In this document: in pieces, positions 49,629-57,769 of the stretch
Position numbering within the stretch: position 1 is the first letter of the stretch
Layout: the number at the start of each line of letters is the position of its first letter
DNA from: a virus
DNA: 64,000 nucleotides
IMG/VR virus record: IMGVR_UViG_3300044678_003030
Location: 29,957-93,956 of that record
Reading direction: 5' to 3' (one strand)
The notes under the pieces: generated by a model
The model's database searches: none
Seen by the model: the letters and a program-made list of their open reading frames with translations, nothing else
What the model was told of the DNA's origin: nothing
Made by a program: the position numbers and the translations under genes

Positions 49629-50828
49629 ATGCCCAAGAACAAGACCGCCAAGACCGCCAAGACCGAGACCGCGCCCGAGACCGCGCCCGAGACCGCCCCC
49701 CAGGTCGACGAGCGTGAGCGCGTCGGCGCCGAGATCGCCGCGCAGATGGCGGCGCTCGCCGAGCGCTACGACTTCGACGTCCCCTCCAAGACCAAGGAGG
49801 AGTACGGCGAGGTCCCCGTCGAGGAGCTCCTCAACATCGAGGGCCTCGACTCGCGCGCCAGCATGACCCCGCTGGACAAGACGTTCGTCCAGTCCCTCAA
49901 GAAGGACAACGGGGCGCCCCACCTGATCGAACCCGTCATCGCCACGTGGGCCAAGGACAAGCAGCAGAACAACAAGATCGTGCGGCTGCTCGTCGCCGGG
50001 CGCCGCCGCGTCGCCGGGTTCACGGAGAACGGGTTCAAGGTGATCCCGTGCATCTCGCGTCCGTACAACCTCAAGGACGTCCTGATCGACGCCGGCATCG
50101 AGAACCTCGACCGCAAGGGCATGAGCGGGTGGGACCTCGCGGTCTACTTCCAGCGGCTCAAGGCGGCGGGGCTCAACCAGACCGAGATCGCCGCGCGCCG
50201 TGGCGTGTCCAGCGCCACTGTCTCGCAGACCATCTCCCTCCTGACCCTGGACCACCGGGTCCAGACCCTCATGAAGAAGGGGAAGTTCGGGGCGGGCGCC
50301 GTGACCATCGGTCGCGAGCTGGCGAAGATCGAGGACCTCGACAAGCAGTACGAGGTCGCTGAGCAGGTGATCGCCGATCCCGAGCACATCTGGACGGCCT
50401 CTGATGTCCAGACGTTCGTCAAGGACATGAACGACCGGGCCGCTGCCGCCGCCAAGAAGAAGGCGGAGAAGGAGAAGGCCAAGAAGCAGGCGGCGAAGGA
50501 CGCCAAGGCGCGCGGCGAGGCGCCCGACGGCGATGAGGAGGAGGAAGAGGAGGAGGGGCCGTCGTACGCCTACGACCCCGAGGAGTTCGTCTGCCTGGAG
50601 GTCACTCCCCTTCACCTTCGCCTGGAGGACGTGAACGCGGCGGCGGTCAAGATCAAGGACGCGGCCCCGGACATCATCACGCGGGCCAAGGCGCTCAAGG
50701 AGAGCGACAACGAGCTCCTCAAGTACCTGGAGCTCCAGGGCCACATCAAGGGCCTGAAGGAGGCAGCCGGGATCGCGAAGCTGCCGAAGGCGATCCTCAC
50801 TGCCGTCGAGGCCGCCAAGACGGAGTGA
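49629..50828 (+). CDS. parB: ParB/Spo0J/KorB-like DNA-binding protein
   Basis: LIEPVI, LVAGRRRV (GxxR box), IENLDRKGMS, HTH GLNQTEIAARRGVSSATVSQTISLL; strong RBS and codon bias. Confidence 0.88.
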   Translation: MPKNKTAKTAKTETAPETAPETAPQVDERERVGAEIAAQMAALAERYDFDVPSKTKEEYGEVPVEELLNIEGLDSRASMTPLDKTFVQSLKKDNGAPHLIEPVIATWAKDKQQNNKIVRLLVAGRRRVAGFTENGFKVIPCISRPYNLKDVLIDAGIENLDRKGMSGWDLAVYFQRLKAAGLNQTEIAARRGVSSATVSQTISLLTLDHRVQTLMKKGKFGAGAVTIGRELAKIEDLDKQYEVAEQVIADPEHIWTASDVQTFVKDMNDRAAAAAKKKAEKEKAKKQAAKDAKARGEAPDGDEEEEEEEGPSYAYDPEEFVCLEVTPLHLRLEDVNAAAVKIKDAAPDIITRAKALKESDNELLKYLELQGHIKGLKEAAGIAKLPKAILTAVEAAKTE

Positions 50829-50856
50829 CCCAGTACCGCACCGCCGGGTGATGGCG

Positions 50857-50894
50857 ACGGCGCCTCTCGTTCGCGAGAGGCGCCGTTTCTATTT
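50857..50894 (+). terminator. Intrinsic terminator between convergent genes
   Basis: 13-bp stem ACGGCGCCTCTCG/CGAGAGGCGCCGT, TTCG loop, then TTCTATTT. Confidence 0.8.
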
Positions 50895-50897
50895 GCG

Positions 50898-51746
50898 CTA
50901 GAGCAACTCGCTCACGTCTGTGACACCGAGCGTGTCCAGGTACACCTTGAGCTTCCCCAGCCCTGCGTCTCGGAGCGCGGCGAGTTCGAGCGTCGTATAG
51001 ACCGACCCATCGATCGCGAAGAGCCTGAGAGCGAGCTCGTCAAGGTCGTGCTCCCCGTCTCCGATAAATCCGTAGATGTAGGAGAGGACGAGGCGTTCAC
51101 GGCGTGAAAGTCCGGCCTTGACCATGTGCCGAACGAGCGGGGCCACGTCTGACGGGCTGGCGTCGCTAGCCAGTGTCTCAGGGTCGACCGAGGCGAACGT
51201 AGGCTCCTCGAACGAGTAGTCACGCCGCTGCCCGAGGGCCATCTCAGCCTCTTCGACTCGGCGTTGTCTTCGGTTGGCCTTGCGGACGTGGTTCGGGACG
51301 TGGACCAGTTGGTCGCGGTTGAGGTACTCCTGGATTCTGACGTTGATCCAGTAGTCGGCGTAGGTGAGGAACCGCGTCCCGTGTGCTACGTCGAAGCGGT
51401 ATACGGCATCCATCAGGCCGCAGTTGCCCGCGCTGACGAGCTCCCTGAGGAGCTGTTCGTCGCGCGTGTATTTTCGCGCCACCTTGATCACGAAGCGGAG
51501 GTACCCCCTCGGGATCGTCTGCTCCAGCCGCGTGACCTTAGCTTTCCAGACCTTGAGGTCGCTCTCGATCCGGCGCCGCTTCTCTCCTGCTGGCAGCTTG
51601 TTGAGCTTCTTCTCGGCGCTCTCGACGCTTTGACGCGCGACCAACAGGTTGGTGAAGTTCTCTCTTTCTTGCGCGGCGGTAGGCTGTGTCTCACGCCCGA
51701 CCTCCAAGAAGTAGACGGACGCGATGCGGTCCTCACGTTGACTCAC
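50898..51746 (-). CDS. Sigma-70 family RNA polymerase sigma factor
   Basis: LRFVIKVARKY, ELVSAGNCGLMDAVYRFD..GTRFLTYADYWI (region 2), LSRRERLVL (region 4); GGAGG RBS. Confidence 0.9.
   Translation of the reverse strand: MSQREDRIASVYFLEVGRETQPTAAQERENFTNLLVARQSVESAEKKLNKLPAGEKRRRIESDLKVWKAKVTRLEQTIPRGYLRFVIKVARKYTRDEQLLRELVSAGNCGLMDAVYRFDVAHGTRFLTYADYWINVRIQEYLNRDQLVHVPNHVRKANRRQRRVEEAEMALGQRRDYSFEEPTFASVDPETLASDASPSDVAPLVRHMVKAGLSRRERLVLSYIYGFIGDGEHDLDELALRLFAIDGSVYTTLELAALRDAGLGKLKVYLDTLGVTDVSELL
51096..51108. promoter_or_regulatory. TTCAC-N3-GTGAA site
   Basis: TTCACGGCGTGAA. Confidence 0.85.
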
Positions 51747-51854
51747 TGATTCCTCCTAAGAAGTGAAGCCATGACTTTACCTCTGTGTCGGTCATGGACG
51801 ATACTAAGGCCCTCGATGTGCCCCTACTGGGGACGGAAAGTGTGAACTGACAAC

Positions 51855-53084
51855 ATGGCGAAGAACAACAACACCAGCAGCACCAGCAAGCCCGCTACGA
51901 CGCAGCAGGCGCCGATCGAAGCGTCGGAGGAGTCCGTCAGCGAGGCCGTCTCGGGCGAGCTCGTCACCGCCCCGCCTCCGGCTCCTGTGCAGGAGACGGG
52001 GCTCTCGCGCCCCTCCGATCGCGAGGACGATGGGGTGACCCTGCTCCACCTCGTGCAACTGCTGCCGCACAAGGCGCACCGGCTGAAGAAGTTCGTGCGC
52101 GCCTCCGAGGACGACTTCGGCAACGCCTACTCGTCGCTCGACCCGGCGTCGCAGGACGCGGTCGACGAGCTCCTCGCCCGCATGTCCGGCGACAAGATGG
52201 GCATCGAGGACGACAGCCGTGGCTTCCGCCCGATGACCCTCAAGATCCGCCAGGGGTCGAGCAACGACGCGAACTGTCCCGAACTCTGCGACGTCGGCGG
52301 CATCTACACGTCCGACGGGCGCATCCTCACCGCGCCCTCGGAGCTGCTCTCCAAGAAGGGTGGCGTCCCGATGTTCCAGCGCGCCATCGTCCTCTCCACG
52401 TGGCACGGGCGCGTCATGTTCGCGCCCCGCATCAACGGCACCACCACGCAGCTCCCCGAGTTCGGGGACGCGTCGACGAACATCCCCTACTGTCAATCGA
52501 TGGATCGGCAGAAGGGTCGGCCCGTGAAGTCGGTTCCGAACGTCGGCTCCTGCAAGGGATGCCCCTACGAGCCCTGGAAGGTGCGCGGGGAGCCGAACCT
52601 CTGCACCAATCAGGTGACGGCGGTCATCCTCCTCGTCCGCACGGACGCCGACGGGAAGCACGTCGTGTTCGACGGCCTGTATCAGGTCGACTTCTCGAAG
52701 ACCTCGGAGCCTGCCGGGCAGAGCCTCCACGATGCGGTGTCGAAGGGCAAGTACGCCTGGGAGACCTTCTTCGAGCTCGGCACCTCGAAGAAGGCCGGCA
52801 AGCCCGGTCAGGGCGACTACTTCATCTACGAGACCAAGATGGTGATGGATGGCACCGGTCGGCCCCTCAAGACGCCGGAGTCGTCGCTCGCCATGATCGA
52901 GGTCTTCTGGAAGAAGCTCATGGCGGAGTACTTCTACCCCCGCCTCGCCTTCACCTACTCCCAGGTCACGGACCGTTCCGGTGGCGCCACCGGACCGACC
53001 AGCGACATGAGCGACCTGGAGCGCAATGCGGCGAACGCGGCGAACCGCGCGCCGGGCGCTGACATGCGCGCCGACAACGTCTGA
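51855..53084 (+). CDS. Hypothetical protein, possibly ssDNA-binding/recombination
   Basis: Strong codon bias; between sigma and nuclease genes; CxxCP motif; disordered termini. Confidence 0.5.
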   Translation: MAKNNNTSSTSKPATTQQAPIEASEESVSEAVSGELVTAPPPAPVQETGLSRPSDREDDGVTLLHLVQLLPHKAHRLKKFVRASEDDFGNAYSSLDPASQDAVDELLARMSGDKMGIEDDSRGFRPMTLKIRQGSSNDANCPELCDVGGIYTSDGRILTAPSELLSKKGGVPMFQRAIVLSTWHGRVMFAPRINGTTTQLPEFGDASTNIPYCQSMDRQKGRPVKSVPNVGSCKGCPYEPWKVRGEPNLCTNQVTAVILLVRTDADGKHVVFDGLYQVDFSKTSEPAGQSLHDAVSKGKYAWETFFELGTSKKAGKPGQGDYFIYETKMVMDGTGRPLKTPESSLAMIEVFWKKLMAEYFYPRLAFTYSQVTDRSGGATGPTSDMSDLERNAANAANRAPGADMRADNV

Positions 53085-53091
53085 CCTGCCT

Positions 53092-53164
53092 CACGCACGT
53101 ACGGAGTGCCTACGGCGAATCATCGCTGTGGGTGCTCCGTACGTGCGTGCCTTCCTGTCTTTTG
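53092..53164 (+). terminator. Long hairpin (27-bp stem with G-U pairs) followed by T-rich tract
   Basis: CACGCACGTACGGAGTGCCTACGGCGA-ATCA-TCGCTGTGGGTGCTCCGTACGTGCGTG. Confidence 0.65.
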
Positions 53165-53167
53165 GTC

Positions 53168-53180
53168 TTCACGCCGTGAA
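53168..53180. promoter_or_regulatory. TTCAC-N3-GTGAA site
   Basis: TTCACGCCGTGAA. Confidence 0.85.
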
Positions 53181-53195
53181 AAGGGGTTGACTCAC

Positions 53196-54224
53196 GTGTT
53201 TCTCGAACCTGTTTTGGAGGAGCGACCGTGGTCACCCTCGAAGGCGCAAACCGCTCTCAAGTGTCCGCTCGCCTACCACCTCAAGTACCGACTCAAAGTC
53301 AAGGATGACCGTCCTGGCGGCACCGAGGCGCGTGTAGGTACGACTACGCACGCGCTCTACGAGTGGGGCCTGCGCGATGATCTGCCTGATGCGTCGACCG
53401 TGTTGGGTGAGTCGCGCAAGGCAGACGAGGCGCCGACGGCGGTGCCCGTGAGCACCCACACCGAGGAAGAGCTCGACCGGCGACTGCCGTACCTGCTCGA
53501 TCTTTTTTCGCGTGAGGAGCGCAACCAACTCGACGAAGACTCGATCGCGCTCGTGCGCTCGTTCTTGCCTCGCGTGAAGTCATTCATCCTCGGGATGCAG
53601 CGGATCGCGGTCAAGTACGGGGTGGAAGTCTTCTACCTTGAGCACCGCGCCGCGCTCGACGTGAACATGAAGGCTTGCGGGTACAACGACCCCACGGCGT
53701 TGATTCGCGGCGTCATGGACATGGGTTACCGCACGCGCGACGGCATGTACGTCGTGATCGATCACAAGACGGGGAAGCCCAAGAGCCTCGGCGACTACAA
53801 CGATCAGCTCAACAGCTACAAGCTCTTCGTCATCGAGACGCACCCCGACATCATCGGCGTTCAGTGTGGTGTCAACCACACGCGCAAGGAGCACATGGAT
53901 TGGGCCGCGCCCGAGACGCGCGAGCACATTGAGCGCAACGTCAAGGCGTGGCTCCAGCAGTACCTCAACGGAGTCGGCCTCAAGCTCGCGCAGCTCAAGG
54001 GGCGAGAAGACACGCCCAAGCCCACCCCGCTGTGCAACTGGTGCGGCTACGCAGACTTCACCAAGAAGCAGACGGACGAAGGCAAGTACTCTTACGCCGT
54101 GGGGTTTGAGCCTGACGATGTGCCCGTGTGCCCTGAGGGCATCGCGGCCATCGAGAAGAAGCCCATGGGGCCTCGGCTGGAGCGCCAGCGCCGTAGCCTG
54201 CCGCTCGTCGGACGGCTTCCGTAG
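53196..54224 (+). CDS. PD-(D/E)XK nuclease, Cas4/RecB-like
   Basis: WSPSK..KCPLAY, GTTTH, IRGVMD..VIDHKTG, QLNSY, CNWC..C. Confidence 0.85.
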   Translation: MFLEPVLEERPWSPSKAQTALKCPLAYHLKYRLKVKDDRPGGTEARVGTTTHALYEWGLRDDLPDASTVLGESRKADEAPTAVPVSTHTEEELDRRLPYLLDLFSREERNQLDEDSIALVRSFLPRVKSFILGMQRIAVKYGVEVFYLEHRAALDVNMKACGYNDPTALIRGVMDMGYRTRDGMYVVIDHKTGKPKSLGDYNDQLNSYKLFVIETHPDIIGVQCGVNHTRKEHMDWAAPETREHIERNVKAWLQQYLNGVGLKLAQLKGREDTPKPTPLCNWCGYADFTKKQTDEGKYSYAVGFEPDDVPVCPEGIAAIEKKPMGPRLERQRRSLPLVGRLP

Positions 54225-54280
54225 ACTGCCTTTGAAAGCCGGTGGTACTAGGCTTCTTCATCTAATGACGGGTGCGACGC

Positions 54281-57200
54281 ATGGCGAAGAAGCCAGCAAC
54301 CAAAGGTAACAACTCACAAACGCACAAGCAGGGCAACGGCCTGTTTTCTCGGCTTGGTGCCGCGAAGATCAGGCAGGTTGTTGAGGCGCTCATTCCCTCG
54401 CTTGACCTGGACAAGCCCCGTTCTTTCATCTTCCGTGACGGCGACGTCCTTGAGACCAACTGCATCCTTCGAGACCACAAGGATGACACGCCCTCGTGCA
54501 AGATCGATTGCCGACGGGGCACGATCCACTGCTACGGCGCGGGCTGTGGCTATCACAGCTCAAACCTCTTGCAGTGGCTGCAAGACGCGACGGGGCTCTC
54601 CTTCAAGGAGATCGCGACACAGGTCCACACCGTCACGGGGGTGCGCGCTGTCAATGACAAGGTGACCAAAGAGCTGGAGGAGCTCGATGATCACCAGCAG
54701 ATGGTCACGCTCGCGATGCGGGTGTTCAATGAGCACCTCGCGCGGTGCATCAAGCCACCTACGGGAGAGCAGCCGTACGCGAGGGACTACTCTGCGCCGT
54801 TCATGTCTGTCATCAAGCACACGCTTGATTGGCTCTTTGTCGAGAGAGGGCGCGACCCGAAGCACGTCCTCTCTTTGCCCTACGGCATCCTCCCTTCGCA
54901 GGAGATGGCTGTGCGTTTCGCCAAGGACATCCTTGACCGGATGGCTGAGGGTTACGGCACGGCGCAGCGTGCGGCCAAGCTCTCACCAGAGCGCCGTACG
55001 AAGATCGAGGCGCTCTTCGAAGCGATGATGGAGGGGGTCGACACGCGGTGGATTCACTGCGTGACATTTCACACCGGCTACGGCCTTACGACGCCTGGGT
55101 GCATCCGACTCCGTCTGCCGCGTGATGACAAGACTGACGGGACGGACACGCTCCCCGGCTCGAAGTTTTCGCCCGATGACCCGATCGGTTACTTCGGCCT
55201 CTACCTACCTCAGTACCGGACCTTCTCCCCGCAAGAGGTCAAGGACCTGCATGTCATCGTCGTTGAAGGCGAGAACGACACGCTGGCCTACGTCGAGAAG
55301 CTACTCGACAGCGGGAAGGTCGGTGTACGCGTTGTGGCGTCCATCGGCAAGCACAACGGGCTAGACCCCCTCGTCGACGCGGGCATCCAGCGCGCCTACC
55401 TCTTTGGTGACGAGCCTTCGGAGGACTACGGCAAGGGCGAAGACTGGCTTCGTCACATGCTCGCGAGCTCAGAGCGCATCGACGCCCGCCCGTTTGTGGG
55501 CTGGCAGGAACTGCGTGAGGGGTCGCCCAAAGACCCTGATGACGCGATCCGTGCTCACGGCTTTGACAAGGTCTACGCGCTTACGGCGGGCGCCAACGCG
55601 CGGTACGCCTCGGCGGAAGCCTGGGCGCTGGATCGGCTCGTGGACAACACCGCTGGCCTCGGGGCCAGCGATATGCGCGAGAAGCTCCGGTGGGGCATTG
55701 AGTTTGGCAAGTGCGTACGAAATCATGCCTCCCTCTCGGTTTATCTTGAGCAGGCTGGCAGGGTCATCGGGATTCCTCCAGCGGCTCTTCGGCGTGAGCT
55801 CGTCAAGGTCGACAATACCGAGGAGGGCTACGTCGCGCGGCTCGCAGACGTGTTGCTTCACGAGTTTCACCGGACATGCCGAAACGACACCGACGGCAAG
55901 GGTGGCGGCTCAATCGAGCTCTTCCACCGTACAACACAGACGCGACTCGCGTTCTACCTCACCGACGGCAAGGGGATGCTCGCGCAGCTCTCGGCCGTGT
56001 TCGGTGACATGTGGCGCTTCTTCAAGGACCAAGTCGGTCTGCCGCCACAGTATGAAGACCCCAACCTCGACGGGGTACCTACGTTCGACTCGCTCCCGGA
56101 CAAGCTCCGCAACCTGACGGGCTATCTGGAGATGGCGATGCACACGGTGGCCCAGGGCATCCCTTCACGCAGTGAATGTGAGGAGATTGGCCAGGGCTGC
56201 CGGTTCATGGACGACCCGCAGCGCCCTGGGACCAAGGCGTTCTACGTGCTCAACGGCTTCCACGTCTACAAGGGCGTGGTCCGCAGCGAGCCGGAGGCGT
56301 CCGTTGATTGGGCCAAGCTCGCAGGCCCCTCCGACGGGAAGTACATCTTCCTCGTCGACAAGGAGAAGACGTGGTGCGAGGAGATCCGCACCGTAGAAGA
56401 CCTCATCGCTGGCAACGCTGTGACGCGGGAAGACCTCCATGAAGCGTTGCGCGGCGCACAGGGCATCTTCCAGCGATTCTGGAGGCTCAAGCACGGGGAG
56501 ACTGACGCGCAGTTCCTCGCCTACCACCTTGCGGCTCTTGCGACCGGCTACGCCTACCGGACCAAGAGCGTCGTCCACTTCCTCGGAGACACCAACGCCG
56601 GAAAGTCGACGCTCCTCTCTTTCTTCGGCGGCACGCAGGTCCCCCGCTTTCGCCTCGTGGAAGCTGCTGACTACCGGCCGAACTACACAGCGGCGTTCAT
56701 CTGTCAGCACTGGGATCGTGTCACTACGGCGATGCTCCTCGACGAGTTCGAAGCGGAGCAGACGTCGAAGACTTCGCACAAGGGGATCCAGGTCGAAAAC
56801 ATCAGCGAGCTGATCCGACAGATCGCGTCTGAAGGCGGCACGCCAGCGAGCCGTGGCGGCAGCGACGGGCGCACGCGCACCTACCACCTTCACACGTTCG
56901 TGATGCTCACGAGCATGCTCAAGGCGACGCTTCCGCAGGACAACAATCGGCGCATGGCGATTGAGATCTACCGTAACGACGGCATCGCGCCGGAGGTCGG
57001 CGTGTTCGACGAAACGCCGCCTGAGCAGCTTCACCGCTGGCGACGCATGCTCTCGATCGGGCTCTTCAAGTTCGTGCCTGAGCTCATTCGACACTACGAG
57101 GCAGTTCGCACGAGCATCGCCCGCGTCAAGCGGGTCGACTTCAGCGTTCCTGCGCGGTTCACCGACAACCTCGTGCCGGCCGTCGCCGCCATGTCCTTCT

Positions 57201-57757
57201 TCGGTGTCGACTGGGAGACTTACCTCGTCAAGACCTTCCACGAGCGACGTTCTGCGCTTCAGGAGGTCCTCGAAGACACAGCCGCGAATGCGCTCGTACA
57301 GCGTATCCTCGGCACGCCGAACGTCAATGTCGGCGGTGACTCGCGCGCGTCCATCTCGCAGCTCCTGTCACGTGAAGACCAAGTGCCTCTGCTCAATGAT
57401 GCAGGTTGCGGAGCGTCCTTTGACAAGGACCGCAAGCTCCTGATCATCGAGTGGTACACGATCACCAGCACGGGAGGACTGCTCTCGCGCACCGGGGAGT
57501 ACAACTCCATGGGTGCGGGGCAGCTCAAGCACATGTTCGACCAGCACCCAGATGCGGCGCGTACGCACGAGTATGCTGCGCTCAACATCGAAGCGACGCT
57601 CCGCGCCTTCGGGCGCGGCAGTTCAATGCGGACGGTGTCTGCGTTGAAGCTTTCCGCCTACGTAGACAACTTGAGGAACGTTGGCGTGACTGCGCCAAGA
57701 CCCGCAGCTACCGTCGTTCCCATTCGTCGCGAAGTGTCTGCTGACGGAAACATCTGA
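54281..57757 (+). CDS. Primase-helicase fusion (Zn-binding, TOPRIM, P-loop helicase)
   Basis: C..HKDDTPS..HCYGAGC; VVEGEND, FGD, KDPDD; GDTNAGKST and LLDEFE. Confidence 0.85.
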   Translation: MAKKPATKGNNSQTHKQGNGLFSRLGAAKIRQVVEALIPSLDLDKPRSFIFRDGDVLETNCILRDHKDDTPSCKIDCRRGTIHCYGAGCGYHSSNLLQWLQDATGLSFKEIATQVHTVTGVRAVNDKVTKELEELDDHQQMVTLAMRVFNEHLARCIKPPTGEQPYARDYSAPFMSVIKHTLDWLFVERGRDPKHVLSLPYGILPSQEMAVRFAKDILDRMAEGYGTAQRAAKLSPERRTKIEALFEAMMEGVDTRWIHCVTFHTGYGLTTPGCIRLRLPRDDKTDGTDTLPGSKFSPDDPIGYFGLYLPQYRTFSPQEVKDLHVIVVEGENDTLAYVEKLLDSGKVGVRVVASIGKHNGLDPLVDAGIQRAYLFGDEPSEDYGKGEDWLRHMLASSERIDARPFVGWQELREGSPKDPDDAIRAHGFDKVYALTAGANARYASAEAWALDRLVDNTAGLGASDMREKLRWGIEFGKCVRNHASLSVYLEQAGRVIGIPPAALRRELVKVDNTEEGYVARLADVLLHEFHRTCRNDTDGKGGGSIELFHRTTQTRLAFYLTDGKGMLAQLSAVFGDMWRFFKDQVGLPPQYEDPNLDGVPTFDSLPDKLRNLTGYLEMAMHTVAQGIPSRSECEEIGQGCRFMDDPQRPGTKAFYVLNGFHVYKGVVRSEPEASVDWAKLAGPSDGKYIFLVDKEKTWCEEIRTVEDLIAGNAVTREDLHEALRGAQGIFQRFWRLKHGETDAQFLAYHLAALATGYAYRTKSVVHFLGDTNAGKSTLLSFFGGTQVPRFRLVEAADYRPNYTAAFICQHWDRVTTAMLLDEFEAEQTSKTSHKGIQVENISELIRQIASEGGTPASRGGSDGRTRTYHLHTFVMLTSMLKATLPQDNNRRMAIEIYRNDGIAPEVGVFDETPPEQLHRWRRMLSIGLFKFVPELIRHYEAVRTSIARVKRVDFSVPARFTDNLVPAVAAMSFFGVDWETYLVKTFHERRSALQEVLEDTAANALVQRILGTPNVNVGGDSRASISQLLSREDQVPLLNDAGCGASFDKDRKLLIIEWYTITSTGGLLSRTGEYNSMGAGQLKHMFDQHPDAARTHEYAALNIEATLRAFGRGSSMRTVSALKLSAYVDNLRNVGVTAPRPAATVVPIRREVSADGNI
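56164..56176. promoter_or_regulatory. TTCAC-N3-GTGAA site
   Basis: TTCACGCAGTGAA. Confidence 0.85.
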
Positions 57758-57769
57758 CAAGAGGCACTG

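Noticed and set aside
53196-54224. Cas4-like gene as part of a CRISPR-Cas system
   Set aside because: No repeat-spacer array or other cas genes seen; solo Cas4-like nucleases are common in phage replication modules
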